DNA of 64,000 nt, from positions 352,001 to 416,000 of the forward strand of contig CAVYTA010000007.1 in assembly GCA_963771355.1 (NCBI GenBank). The letters run 5' to 3'. Origin of the DNA: an uncultured Candidatus Rokubacteria bacterium. GTDB taxonomy: Bacteria > Methylomirabilota > Methylomirabilia > Rokubacteriales > CSP1-6. Numbering within the stretch: the first letter of the stretch is position 1; every line of letters starts with the position of its first letter. Made by a program: the position numbers and the translations under genes. Under the pieces are notes generated by a model, which worked only from the letters and a program-made list of their open reading frames with translations, did no database searches and had not been told where the DNA came from. This document shows, piece after piece, positions 29,078-39,051 of the stretch.

Positions 29078-30202
29078 TCAGCGCCGCTCGAGAGCCAGCT
29101 CGATCAGGCGCGCGATGAGGGCAGGGTAGGGCAACCCGGTGGCCTCCCAGAGGCGGGGGTAGGCGCTGGTGGCGGTGAAGCCCGGGATGGTGTTGATCTC
29201 GTTGACGAGCACGCGCTCGTCGCCCTCGATGAAGAAGTCCACCCGCGCCATGCCGGCGCAGTCGATGGCCTGGAAGGCGCGGACGGCGAGCTCGCGCACG
29301 CGCGCGGTGGTCTCCGGCGACAGCGGCGCCGGGATCTGAAAGGTGGTCTGCCCCTCGGCGTACTTGGTCTCGTAGTCGTACCACTCGCCCGCGAAGCGCA
29401 CCTCGCCGGGGAGCGAGGCCTCGGGCGCGTCATTGCCCAGCACCGCCACCTCCACCTCCCGCGCCACCACCGCGCGCTCGACGAGCAGCCGGCGATCGTG
29501 GAGCGCGGCCTGATCGAGCGCGGCCGGCAACGCCTCCGGCGCCTTGACCTTGCTGATGCCCACGCTCGAGCCGAGATTGGCGGGCTTCACGAAGCAGGGG
29601 AAGCCGATGCGGCGGGCGACCTCGGCCCGCACCGTCTCCGGACGCTGCTCCCAGTCGTGGCGGGCCACCGCCAGGTAGTCGACCACCGGCAGCCCGTGGG
29701 CCCGGAACATGTCCTTCATGGCCACCTTGTCCATGCCGATGGCGGAGCCGAGCACCCGCGCGCCCACGTAGGGGATGTCCGCCAGCTCGAGCAGGCCCTG
29801 GATGGTGCCATCCTCGCCGCGGGGGCCGTGGAGCATGACGATCACCGCGTCCAGCTCCTGGCGGAGGCGCGGCGGCAGGCTCTCGGAGGTCTCGGCGCGG
29901 GCAAGCGAGGCGCCCCCTGCCGCGCTCGAGGCCCGCGCGGCGAGCCCGCGCTTGACGTCGGACTCCGCCCCGCCTTCAGTGAGCGCGTGCTGGGAGGCCG
30001 CCTCGGTGAGCGCGCGCATGGGATCACCACCTACGAGCCAGCGCCCCTCGCGGGTGATCCCGATCGGGACCACGTCGAACCGGGCACCGTCCATGGCCGC
30101 CATCACCGAGGCCGCGCTGGCCAGCGACACCTCGTGCTCGCCGGAACGCCCGCCGAACACCACGCCCACCCGGAGCTTGGTCCCCGATCGCTCGCGCGCC
30201 AT
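29078..30202 (-). CDS. ddl: D-alanine--D-alanine ligase
   Basis: FGGRSGEHEVS, LHGPRGEDGTIQG, FVKPANLGSSVG, YDYETKY, NEINTIPGFT. Confidence 0.97.
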   Translation of the reverse strand: MARERSGTKLRVGVVFGGRSGEHEVSLASAASVMAAMDGARFDVVPIGITREGRWLVGGDPMRALTEAASQHALTEGGAESDVKRGLAARASSAAGGASLARAETSESLPPRLRQELDAVIVMLHGPRGEDGTIQGLLELADIPYVGARVLGSAIGMDKVAMKDMFRAHGLPVVDYLAVARHDWEQRPETVRAEVARRIGFPCFVKPANLGSSVGISKVKAPEALPAALDQAALHDRRLLVERAVVAREVEVAVLGNDAPEASLPGEVRFAGEWYDYETKYAEGQTTFQIPAPLSPETTARVRELAVRAFQAIDCAGMARVDFFIEGDERVLVNEINTIPGFTATSAYPRLWEATGLPYPALIARLIELALERR

Positions 30203-30269
30203 AGGCTTCCGTTGTATCAGACCGCCACCGGGCGGCGCGACAAGTCAGTTGAGCCGCGGGCGCGCCTCA

Positions 30270-31625
30270 TCACGCCGGCTTGGTCCCGGCACGCGCCCGG
30301 CGCTGCTCACGCCACTGGAGGAGGCGGGCCGCGAGGTCCTTCTCCTGCCCGCGCTCGGTGGGGCGGTAGTACGTCCGGCCCCGCAGCGCCGCCGGCAGAT
30401 GCTCCTGATCTACCTGCGCGTCGGGCGCGTCGTGCGCGTACTGATAGCCCTTGCCATAGCCCAGGCCGGCCATGAGCCCGGTGGGGGCATTGCGCAGGTG
30501 CAGCGGCACCGGCTCGGCGGGCAGCTCGCGGATGTCGTCGCGCACCGCGTTCCACGCCGCGTAGACGGCGTTGGACTTCGGCGCCAGCGCGAGATAGCAG
30601 GCGGCCTGGGCCAGCGCCAGCTCGCCCTCAGGCGTGCCCAGGAAGTGATAGGCCTCCTTGGCGTCGAGGGTGACCCGTAGCGCGCCGGGGTCGGCGTTGC
30701 CCACGTCCTCGGAGGCGAAGCGGACGAGCCGGCGCGCGACGTAGAGCGGATCCTCGCCCGCGTCGAGCATGCGGCCCAGCCAGTAGAGCGCCCCGTCCGG
30801 ATCCGAGTCACGCAGCGACTTGTGCAGGGCGGAGATGAGGTTGTAGTGCTCCTCGCCGGCCTTGTCGTAGAGGAGGGCCTTCTTCTGCACCGCCTCGCGG
30901 ATGGCGCCCGCGGTGAGGCGGCGCTCGGTGCCCGGGCGCGCCGCCTCGAGCTCGACCGCCAGCTCCAGAATATTGAGCGCGTTCCGCGCGTCGCCGCCCG
31001 CCATCACGGTGAGGAGCCGGAGCGCATCCGGCTCCGCCGTCACGTCCGAGCCTCCGAGCCCCCGCTCCCCATCCGCCAGCGCGCGCTCGAGTATGCCGAC
31101 CAGATCGGCCTCGGCCAGGGGCTGGAGCACGTACACGCGGCAGCGTGAGAGCAGCGCGGCATTGACCTCGAAGGACGGGTTCTCGGTGGTCGCCCCCACC
31201 AGCACGATGTCGCCCTTCTCGACATAGGGCAGGAAGGCGTCCTGCTGCGCCTTGTTGAAGCGGTGGATCTCGTCCACGAACAGGATGGTGCGCCGCCCGC
31301 GCCGGGCGCGGTCGGCCTCGGCCTCCGCCATCACCTGCCGGATCTCCTTCACGCCGGCGAGCACGGCCGAGAAGGTCACGAAGCGCGCCCCCACCACCTG
31401 GGCCATGAGCAGCGCCAGCGTGGTCTTGCCGGTGCCCGGCGGGCCCCAGAGGATCATGGAATGGAGCCGGCCCGCCTCGAGCGATTGGCGCAACACCTTG
31501 CCTGGCCCGATGAGATGGCCCTGGCCCACCACCTCGTCCAGCGTGCGGGGCCGCATCCGGTCGGCAAGCGGCCCCGGCGAGGCGTGAGACGCAGACGCGG
31601 GAGCCGGCTGGTCGAAGAGATCCAC
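30270..31625 (-). CDS. rarA: Replication-associated recombination protein A (RarA/MgsA)
   Basis: GTG start [59 protein letters not shown]. Confidence 0.96.
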   Translation of the reverse strand: MDLFDQPAPASASHASPGPLADRMRPRTLDEVVGQGHLIGPGKVLRQSLEAGRLHSMILWGPPGTGKTTLALLMAQVVGARFVTFSAVLAGVKEIRQVMAEAEADRARRGRRTILFVDEIHRFNKAQQDAFLPYVEKGDIVLVGATTENPSFEVNAALLSRCRVYVLQPLAEADLVGILERALADGERGLGGSDVTAEPDALRLLTVMAGGDARNALNILELAVELEAARPGTERRLTAGAIREAVQKKALLYDKAGEEHYNLISALHKSLRDSDPDGALYWLGRMLDAGEDPLYVARRLVRFASEDVGNADPGALRVTLDAKEAYHFLGTPEGELALAQAACYLALAPKSNAVYAAWNAVRDDIRELPAEPVPLHLRNAPTGLMAGLGYGKGYQYAHDAPDAQVDQEHLPAALRGRTYYRPTERGQEKDLAARLLQWREQRRARAGTKPA

Positions 31626-31629
31626 GAGC

Positions 31630-32172
31630 TTACTCGACGGGGTTTCGCTTGGCGGTGGGGAGACCGATCCGGATGAAGGCGTGCTTCTCGGCGGCATGGC
31701 AGGCGGTGCAGGCGGCGCGCATCGCCTCGATGCGCTGCTTGAAGAGCGCGGGGTCCTTCTTCTTGATGGCCTCCACGACCTGGGGCAGCGGGCCCTTGAG
31801 GAAGAGGTTCTCGGCATTGGCCTTCCGGCTGGGACTGCGCTCGAGCCCGAGCCGGAGCGCGCTCTCGAGCGTCATGGCCATGTGCGCCGCGTAGTCCCAG
31901 TTGCCTTCCACGCCGCCGAAGTACATCTCGCCGTAGCGATACGAGACCTCGGCCATCGCGGTCTCGAAGCCGCGGAGCTGGCGCTGGATGGCCGGGATGC
32001 GCGCATCGGCCTTCAGCGCGACGAGCCACCCGGGCCCCTCGCTCGGGCCGTGGCCGTGCACGTGCTGCGCGAGCGCGACGCTCCACCCGGCGCCGAAGCC
32101 CGCCGCGGCGAGCACCGCGCCGGCCAGGACGCCGCCGAGCCCCCATCCTCTCGAGATCCGAAATCCGCGCAT
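31630..32172 (-). CDS. Exported monoheme c-type cytochrome (class II/cytochrome c'-like)
   Basis: Signal peptide; helical body; single CTACH close to the C-terminus. Confidence 0.75.
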   Translation of the reverse strand: MRGFRISRGWGLGGVLAGAVLAAAGFGAGWSVALAQHVHGHGPSEGPGWLVALKADARIPAIQRQLRGFETAMAEVSYRYGEMYFGGVEGNWDYAAHMAMTLESALRLGLERSPSRKANAENLFLKGPLPQVVEAIKKKDPALFKQRIEAMRAACTACHAAEKHAFIRIGLPTAKRNPVE

Positions 32173-32275
32173 GGCTCCTCCCCGGAGTTCCTTCGTGGCG
32201 CTGCGGTGCCCAGGCTGGGGACAGTCTCGCCCCTCCCGGACGATCAGGCAACCGGAAGGGACGGGCCGGCGGGGC

Positions 32276-32905
32276 TCAGGCCAGCGCGGCAGGCAGGTCG
32301 AGCAGCGAGGCGATCACCGCGGTGGCGCTCACACCGCGGCGGGCCAGCTCGTCGTGGTCGGGGCGATAGGCGATGAAGGGAACCCCGCCGGCCTGCGCGG
32401 CGGCCCCGTCCACCCAGGAATCGCCGACCACCACCACGTGCTCCGCCTCGGGCCAGCGCGCGCGGATGACGCGGAGCCCGTCCGGATCGGGCTTGAGCGC
32501 GCGCACGTCGTCGCGCGTCACCACGAGGTCGAGGTGCGGGGCCAGCCCGAAGCGGGTGAGGACATAGTCCGCCACCACGCGGTCATTGTTGGTCCACACC
32601 GCGGTGGCGAAGCCGAGGTCCTTCATGGCGCGGACGGCTTCCATGGCGTGGGGGACCAGCTCGGCCAGCTCCATGGCGCGCCGCTCGTGGGCCACCGGGA
32701 TCGCGAGCACCTCGGTCTCGATGTGGGGCGCCTCGCGCCGCACCACCGCCAGCAGCTCGGCACCCGACCATCGCAGCTCGCGCGTGGGCAGCGACACGCC
32801 GCGCGCGCGGATCAGGTGCTCCATCTCGCGCCCCACTGCTCTGAGATCCAGCGGCGAGTTGACGAGGGTGTGGTCGAGGTCGAAGACGCAGACCGGCAGG
32901 CTCAC
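32276..32905 (-). CDS. HAD family hydrolase
   Basis: FDLDHTL, WTNN, KPDPDG, VGDSWVD. Confidence 0.9.
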   Translation of the reverse strand: MSLPVCVFDLDHTLVNSPLDLRAVGREMEHLIRARGVSLPTRELRWSGAELLAVVRREAPHIETEVLAIPVAHERRAMELAELVPHAMEAVRAMKDLGFATAVWTNNDRVVADYVLTRFGLAPHLDLVVTRDDVRALKPDPDGLRVIRARWPEAEHVVVVGDSWVDGAAAQAGGVPFIAYRPDHDELARRGVSATAVIASLLDLPAALA

Positions 32906-32989
32906 CCGCCCAGGTTATCAGATGGTCCGCGGCGACCCTTCGGGAACCGCCCTTGAGCGGCGCGCGTTCCGTGTGGGACAATGCCCGCG

Positions 32990-33523
32990 ATGAACCGTGG
33001 TCGACTGCTTGCCCTGAGCTTTATCGGCGCGCTCCTCGGCGCCGGATTCTTCGCCGGCCCCGCGGCGGCGCACCTCCCCCGGTTCGCCCCGGTCGTGGAC
33101 GTCGTGCCCGAGCCCGCGGCGGCGCCCGATCGCACCCCCGCCCTGCTGGACCTGGCCTGGACGGCCGCGCCCACCCCGGCCGGCGTCCCCTGGTACCTGG
33201 TGGTCGCGCTGTCCGGCCTCGCCGCGGTCGGCGCCCGCCGGCCCCGCCGGAACCTTGCGCTGGCTCTGGTGCTCCTCCTCGCGATCTTCGCCTTCGAGAA
33301 TGGCCTCCATTCCGTCCATCACCTGAACGATCAGGATCGCGGCGAGAGCTGCGCGGTGGCTTCGGCCTCCCAGCACGTCGCCGGGACCGAGGTGGAGGGC
33401 GGGTTCACCGCCGACGCGCCCGCGCCGGCCGAGCCCATCAGGGTCGTCTCCGTCCGCGTCATCCGCTCCGCCCGCTCGCTCGGCCCGCACGAGGGTCGCG
33501 CTCCCCCCATCGCTCCCGCCTAG
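32990..33523 (+). CDS. Membrane protein with His/Cys cluster and C-terminal RAPP motif (DUF2946/CruR-like leader candidate)
   Basis: Signal-like N-terminus, two further hydrophobic helices, HSVHH...C...H, ends GRAPPIAPA*. Confidence 0.7.
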   Translation: MNRGRLLALSFIGALLGAGFFAGPAAAHLPRFAPVVDVVPEPAAAPDRTPALLDLAWTAAPTPAGVPWYLVVALSGLAAVGARRPRRNLALALVLLLAIFAFENGLHSVHHLNDQDRGESCAVASASQHVAGTEVEGGFTADAPAPAEPIRVVSVRVIRSARSLGPHEGRAPPIAPA

Positions 33524-33612
33524 CCGTTTCCGGATCCGCGCCGCTCGCGCTTCGGTAGTTCCGGCGGCGCCCTGTGTTTCCGTTCCGGCACCAGGAGGGA
33601 ATCGTCCGTTTC

Positions 33613-34371
33613 ATGGCCGCTCGTATTCCATTCACGCGACTGGGCCCGTTCGCGGCGTCGTGCGCGCTCCATGTGGTCCTCGTGGGGCTCGCCGCCGCGG
33701 TGGTACCCGGCTGGGTGACGCCGCTGCCGCCCGTGCTCGAGGCCCAGCTCATCGAGCCCGAGCCGGTGCCGGTCACGCCCGCGCCGCCGGCGGCGCGTCC
33801 GGCACGCCCGGCACAGCCCGCGCCGACCACGCCGCCACGGCTTGTCGAGGCTCCGAAGCCGCGGGTCGAGGAGCCGCCGGCCATGGAGCCGCCAAGCCTC
33901 CCGGCGCCCGCACCGTCGGTGGCGCCCCTGTCACCGCCGTCCGCCCCACGCGAGACCCTGCCATTCGCGGTGGCCGCCAGCGAGCCGGCGGCCGCGCCCG
34001 CCGAGCTTCCGGCGGCGGTGGGACGCCCCGCGACGCCCGCGGCCGCGCCCGTTCCGCCGCCCGTGGTGGCGAAGGCGACGCCCGACGAGGGCATCACGCG
34101 TATGGCGACGCCCACCGGCGGCTATCAGGTTCGGCCGTCCTATCCGTCCACGGCGCGCCGGCTCGGCGTCGAGGGCACCACCTTGCTGCGAGTGTATGTC
34201 GCCGCCGACGGGCGGGTCACTGACGTGCAGGTGGACCAGTCCGCGGGCCACCCCGACCTCGATCGCGCGGCCGCCGAGGCGGTGCGCCGCTGGAAATTCG
34301 AGCCCGGGCGTCGCGGCAGCGAACCCGTGGGCATGTGGGTGCGCCTGCCCGTCCAGTTCGTCCTCAAGTGA
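33613..34371 (+). CDS. tonB: Energy transducer TonB
   Basis: TM anchor SCALHVV, Pro-rich linker, PSYPSTARRLGVEG...LDRAAAEAVRRWKFEP. Confidence 0.92.
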   Translation: MAARIPFTRLGPFAASCALHVVLVGLAAAVVPGWVTPLPPVLEAQLIEPEPVPVTPAPPAARPARPAQPAPTTPPRLVEAPKPRVEEPPAMEPPSLPAPAPSVAPLSPPSAPRETLPFAVAASEPAAAPAELPAAVGRPATPAAAPVPPPVVAKATPDEGITRMATPTGGYQVRPSYPSTARRLGVEGTTLLRVYVAADGRVTDVQVDQSAGHPDLDRAAAEAVRRWKFEPGRRGSEPVGMWVRLPVQFVLK

Positions 34372-34397
34372 GCCTCCCGAGTGAAAGAGACTCCCCG

Positions 34398-36521
34398 ATG
34401 ATCCTGGTCGCCCTCCTCGTGGCCCTCATCCTGGCGGCGCCGGCCGGGGCCCAGCCGGCACCGCCCACCACGCCGCCCACGCTGCCGCCGGTGCGCGTGG
34501 AGGACACGCGCGTGCCCGATGAGCGCACCGCCACCCCGGAGCAGGCTCGGGAGGAGATCGAGCGTACGCCGGGCGGGGTCGGCATCGTCACGCAGGAGCA
34601 GATCGAGGAGACCCGGGCGGCGAATCTCAAGGACGCGCTGGAGTGGGTGCCGGGCGTGATGGTCCGGCCGCGCTTCGGCGCCGCCGACGAGAGCCAGCTC
34701 TCCATCCGGGGCTCGGGCCTCCGGAACAACTTCCACCTCCGCGGCGTCAATGTCCTCATCGACGGCTTTCCCTATGGTAATGCCGACGGCTTCAGCGACT
34801 TCGAGTCACTCGAGCTCCTGACCACCAAGCGCATCGAGGTCTTCAAGGGCGCCAACGCGCTGCGCTTCGGCGGCAATACCCTGGGCGGCGCCATCAACCT
34901 GGTGACCAAGACCGGCGCCGACGCGGGCCTCGTCGAGTCGCGGCTGGAAGGCGGCTCCTTCGGGTTCTTCAAGGGCTACCTGGGCACCGGGCAGGTCTAC
35001 GGGCCGTTCGACCTCTACGTCGGCCTCAGCGACACCGAGCTGGAAGGCTATCGCGACCACTCGGAGCAGGTGCGGCGCCGCATCTACTCCACCTTCGGCT
35101 ACCGCTTCTCCGGCGGCACCACCGTGCGCTTCGACTTCGGGTTCGTGCGGAGCGAGGAGAACCTGCCCGGGGCGCTCACCCGTGAGGAGTTCGACGACGA
35201 CCCGAAGCGGGCCGATCCCGCCAACGTGGCCACGCGGGCGGCGCGCGACTACAACTACACGCGCGGCGCCTTCACGGTGCGGACCCCGCTCACGGAGGAT
35301 CAGACGCTGGAATGGGCCACCCAGCTCAACTACCAGGACATGGACCACCCGCTGTCCTTCGCGATCATCGACAACACCACCTATGCCTGGAGCACCGAGC
35401 TCCGCTGGATTCTCGCCGCGCCGCTCTTCAGCCACGGCAACCGGCTCACGGTGGGCCTCCAGTACGCGGGCACCCAGCAGATCGACGTGAACTTCGCCAA
35501 CGTCCTGGGCAACCGGGGCGCGAAGACCAAGAATCAGATCAACGAGGCCACCAATCTCGGCCTCTACGTCGAGGAGCAGCACGACCTCACGCCCGGCTTC
35601 ACCGTGGTGCTCGGCGGACGCGGCCAGTACGCGATCCGCGCCGTGCGCGACCGCTTCACGATGCGGGACGGGGCCGGCGACCGCGACGGCAACGACTCCG
35701 ACGCGGTGGACTTCTTCTCGGTGTCGCCCAAGGTGGGGTTCGTCTGGCGCCCGGCGAAGACCGTGCAGGTGTACGGCAACGCCAGTCACGCCTATGAGCC
35801 GCCGCTGCTCCTGGAGCTGACCGCGCCCGGCCAGGTTCAGGGCAATCTCAGCCAGCTTTCGGCCCAGAAGTCCTGGCAGTTCGAGCTGGGCACCCGCGGC
35901 ACCGCGGGTAAGCGGGTGGGCTGGGACATCTCCGTTTACGACATCGAGCTCTGGGACGAGATCCAGAACGTCAATGTCCAGCCCTTCCCCTTCGCGCCCT
36001 TCACCATCCCACGGTTCCGCAATATCGACCGCTCCCGCCACACCGGGGTGGAGGCGGGGGCCGATCTGCTGCTCGTCGAGGACATCGCCCGTCGCATCGG
36101 GCTGGGCGCTACCGGCGACTCGCTCACCGCGCGGGCGTCCTACACCTGGTCGCGCTTCGTCTTCGTCGACGACCCGAACTTCGGGAACAACGACCTGCCG
36201 GGCGCCCCGCGCCACTTCGTGATCGCGGAGCTGCGCTACCAGCACGCCTCCGGCTTCTGGTTCGCGCCGGGCGTGGAGGTGGTGCCCCACGGCTACTTCG
36301 TCAACAGCGAGAACAATGCCCGCACCGAGGCCTACACCCTCTTCAACGTCCGGATGGGCTACGACTACAAGCCCTGGAACCTCGGCGTCTTCCTCGAGGG
36401 CCGCAACCTGACCAACGCGTCCTATATCTCATCGGTCCAGGTCGATGCCTCGAACCGCCGCTTCTTCGAGCCGGGTGACGGCCGCGCGATCTATGGCGGC
36501 GTCCAGTGGAGGTGGAAGTGA
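34398..36521 (+). CDS. TonB-dependent outer-membrane receptor
   Basis: Signal peptide, plug motifs VPGV, LSIRGSG, RIEVFKG, LGGAINLVT; barrel ending NLTN...PGDGRAIYGGVQWRWK. Confidence 0.95.
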   Translation: MILVALLVALILAAPAGAQPAPPTTPPTLPPVRVEDTRVPDERTATPEQAREEIERTPGGVGIVTQEQIEETRAANLKDALEWVPGVMVRPRFGAADESQLSIRGSGLRNNFHLRGVNVLIDGFPYGNADGFSDFESLELLTTKRIEVFKGANALRFGGNTLGGAINLVTKTGADAGLVESRLEGGSFGFFKGYLGTGQVYGPFDLYVGLSDTELEGYRDHSEQVRRRIYSTFGYRFSGGTTVRFDFGFVRSEENLPGALTREEFDDDPKRADPANVATRAARDYNYTRGAFTVRTPLTEDQTLEWATQLNYQDMDHPLSFAIIDNTTYAWSTELRWILAAPLFSHGNRLTVGLQYAGTQQIDVNFANVLGNRGAKTKNQINEATNLGLYVEEQHDLTPGFTVVLGGRGQYAIRAVRDRFTMRDGAGDRDGNDSDAVDFFSVSPKVGFVWRPAKTVQVYGNASHAYEPPLLLELTAPGQVQGNLSQLSAQKSWQFELGTRGTAGKRVGWDISVYDIELWDEIQNVNVQPFPFAPFTIPRFRNIDRSRHTGVEAGADLLLVEDIARRIGLGATGDSLTARASYTWSRFVFVDDPNFGNNDLPGAPRHFVIAELRYQHASGFWFAPGVEVVPHGYFVNSENNARTEAYTLFNVRMGYDYKPWNLGVFLEGRNLTNASYISSVQVDASNRRFFEPGDGRAIYGGVQWRWK

Positions 36522-37741
36522 TGGGGATCGCACGCGCGCTGCCCGCCGTCCTGCTGCTCCTGCCCGCCCTGGCGGACGCCGCCGAGATCCACTTCGGCCC
36601 CCGCAGCGAGCTGACGCATCCGGGCAAGGGGCACGAGGTGCACGCCTCGGCGCCCGCGCTGGCGGTGACGCGGGACGGGACGCCGCTCGTGACCTGGGCG
36701 ACCGAGGAGGGGCATGACAAGCACGTCTACGTCGCCCGGCCGGGTGAGGCGGCGGCGAAGCCGGTGCGGGTGAATCCAGCCGGGATGGGCGTGGAGTCGC
36801 TGCACCACTCCCCGCTGCTGGCGGTCGGCCCCGGCGGCGAGATCTATCTCTCCTGGTCCTCCGATCGGCCCAAGCCCGACGGCGTGCTCTTCGCCTCGGA
36901 CCTGCGCCTCTCCCGCTCGCTCGACGGCGGGCGAACGTGGGAGGGCCATCTCCGCGTCAACGAGGACCGCCCCATCTCGCACTCGTTCGAGGGTATGGCG
37001 GTGACCGCGGACGGCACCGTGGTCATGGCCTGGATCGACAGCCGCGAGGGCTCCGAGCAGCCCGCCACCTGGGTGGCACGGGTGCTGGATCGGGGCACCC
37101 GCCCGGAGCCCTCGGCCAAGCTCGACGGCGCCACCTGTGTCTGCTGTCGCGTGGACGTCCGCGGCGGTCCCGGGGACATGGTGGCGGTGCTGTGGCGCAA
37201 GGTCTTCTCCGGCGACATCCGTGACATGGTGCTCGGGCTCTCGCGAGACGGCGGCAAGTCCTTCGCGGCGCCCGCGCGCGTGGCCGACGACGGCTGGAAG
37301 ATCACCGCCTGCCCGCATCGCGGGGGCCAGGTGGCGCTCGACGGCCAGGGCAAGGTCTACGCGGCCTGGTACACCGAGGGCAAGCAGGGCGTGCCCACCA
37401 TGCTCCTCGCCACGTCGACGGACGGGCGCCGCTTCGGGGCCCCCATCCGGATCAATCCATCCACCGTGACCATCCCCGATCAGGTCCGGCTCGCCGTGAA
37501 CGCGGCCGGCCAGGCGGTGGTGGTGTGGGAGGATGCCACCGCCGTGCGCCGCCGCATCCTGCTCCGCGCCAGTTTCGACGGCGGTCGGACGCTGGGTCCG
37601 GTGCAGACGCTCTCGAAAGCGGTGAAGGCCTACTCGCCCGACGTGGTGGTGACGCCCGGGGGCGGCTTCGTCGTGGCCTGGCACGAGGAGCAATTCCCGT
37701 CGCTCAAGACCGTGGTCCAGCCCCTGCGGGTGTCCCCTTGA
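36521..37741 (+). CDS. Exported BNR/Asp-box (sialidase-like) beta-propeller protein with CxCC and CPH motifs
   Basis: Asp-boxes SLDGGRTW, SRDGGKSF, STDGRRF, SFDGGRTL; CVCCR and ACPHRG. Confidence 0.85.
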   Translation: MGIARALPAVLLLLPALADAAEIHFGPRSELTHPGKGHEVHASAPALAVTRDGTPLVTWATEEGHDKHVYVARPGEAAAKPVRVNPAGMGVESLHHSPLLAVGPGGEIYLSWSSDRPKPDGVLFASDLRLSRSLDGGRTWEGHLRVNEDRPISHSFEGMAVTADGTVVMAWIDSREGSEQPATWVARVLDRGTRPEPSAKLDGATCVCCRVDVRGGPGDMVAVLWRKVFSGDIRDMVLGLSRDGGKSFAAPARVADDGWKITACPHRGGQVALDGQGKVYAAWYTEGKQGVPTMLLATSTDGRRFGAPIRINPSTVTIPDQVRLAVNAAGQAVVVWEDATAVRRRILLRASFDGGRTLGPVQTLSKAVKAYSPDVVVTPGGGFVVAWHEEQFPSLKTVVQPLRVSP

Positions 37742-37742
37742 T

Positions 37743-38750
37743 CTAGGTCGCCGTCTGCTCGAGCCGGATCAGGAGATCCCGCAGCAGCTCGAGGCCGCCG
37801 TGGTCGAGGGTGCGGTCCGACACGATGAGCTCGACGTCGGGCGGCAGGGTCTTGCGGATCCGGGCGGCCCCTTGCTCGGAGCAGAGGACGACGCGGGTCT
37901 GCTCGAGCATGCGGTCCAGGGACCAGGGATCGTCGGCGGACGCGAGCACGGGCGTGATGTCCGAGAGGCCGGCGGACTGGAGCGAGCGGAGGAGGTTCTG
38001 GCTGCCGGTGGCGGTCGTGCAGACCAGCCCCACCGTGGCCCCCGGGGGCAGCTCGGTGAGCCGTAGCAGGGTCGAGATATTGGCCTTGGACAGGAGCGCG
38101 ACCACGGGCGGGCCCTCGGCGGGGACGGCCGCCTTGACCTCGTGGATGTGAAAGAAGGTCGTGACCACCACGCGATAGCCGCTCAGGAAGCCGGGCTCCT
38201 GGGCCATGCGCGCGGGGAGCTCCTCGACCAGCACGCGGTCCACCGAAACGGGCAGGGCGGTCTCGAGCTCCTCGCGGTAGCGCGTGAGCTCCTCCCAGTT
38301 GCACTCCACGAGCAGGGCGCGGACCCGGGCGGGTCGGGGACGCATGCCGGCATACGGAGCGCGCGCGGCCACCGTCACGAGCAGCTCCTCGTGGGTGAAG
38401 CCGAGCCGCCGCGCGCGCTCGAGCGTCTCCTCCACGAGCACTTCCAGGCTTCGCGCCGCGCGTCCCTCGCGCGTGGGCGGGCGCTCCACCACGAAAGTGC
38501 CGCGCCCCTGCTGGCTCTCGAGATAGCCGTCCCTGAGGAGATCCGCCAGCGCGCGCGCGGCGGTGTTGCGGTTGATCCGCAGGAAGCCCGCGAGCTGCCG
38601 CACCGTGGGCAGCTGCACGCCCGGCTTGAGATGCCCGGCCTCGATCAGATGCCGGATCTGCGTCGTGAGCTGTACGTGCACCGGCACGCTGCTCTGCCGG
38701 TTCACCTGCAGCCCCGACGGCGGGACTATCGTCGATGACTCGCGGGCCAC
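37743..38750 (-). CDS. GntR family regulator with long C-terminal effector domain
   Basis: PVHVQL, LPTVRQLA, INRNTAARA, QGRGTFV; C-terminal VECN and VVTTFFH motifs. Confidence 0.9.
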   Translation of the reverse strand: MARESSTIVPPSGLQVNRQSSVPVHVQLTTQIRHLIEAGHLKPGVQLPTVRQLAGFLRINRNTAARALADLLRDGYLESQQGRGTFVVERPPTREGRAARSLEVLVEETLERARRLGFTHEELLVTVAARAPYAGMRPRPARVRALLVECNWEELTRYREELETALPVSVDRVLVEELPARMAQEPGFLSGYRVVVTTFFHIHEVKAAVPAEGPPVVALLSKANISTLLRLTELPPGATVGLVCTTATGSQNLLRSLQSAGLSDITPVLASADDPWSLDRMLEQTRVVLCSEQGAARIRKTLPPDVELIVSDRTLDHGGLELLRDLLIRLEQTAT

Positions 38751-38762
38751 TGGGCTCGGTGT

Positions 38763-38969
38763 CTAGGCCGTGATGCGCGTGGCCTGACTCGCCGGAGTCG
38801 GAGCGGGTCCCGCGAGCCACCGGCCGGTGCGAATCAGCGCGAGCCCGAGGGTGACGCGGAATCCAGGGCGCCCGGTGTCAACGGCCTGGAGCAGGAGATA
38901 GGTGGCGGCCCGAGCCCGCGCCTCCGCGAGCTTTTCGTGGGCCAGATATTCTTCGATATGCACGTTCAT
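38763..38969 (-). CDS. Small hypothetical protein upstream of the GntR gene
   Basis: 68 aa, GGAGG upstream, lies between a predicted promoter and gntR. Confidence 0.6.
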   Translation of the reverse strand: MNVHIEEYLAHEKLAEARARAATYLLLQAVDTGRPGFRVTLGLALIRTGRWLAGPAPTPASQATRITA

Positions 38970-38991
38970 GATGACGGAGCCTCCATTGGAT

Positions 38992-39034
38992 TAATGTCCT
39001 AGGCCACTATGACATTATTGACCCCTTGCGTCAA
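38992..39034 (-). promoter_or_regulatory. Sigma70 promoter overlapped by a palindromic operator
   Basis: Minus strand TTGACG(39034-39029)-N17-CATAGT(39011-39006); palindrome TAATGTCCTAG-GCCA-CTATGACATTA 38992-39017. Confidence 0.7.
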
Positions 39035-39051
39035 GACACTTTTAAGCCCGT

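Noticed and set aside
33740..34080. Pro/Ala-rich repetitive DNA in tonB, the anti-sigma factor and the LysM protein
   Set aside because: Ordinary low-complexity linkers, not arrays with conserved repeats and spacers.
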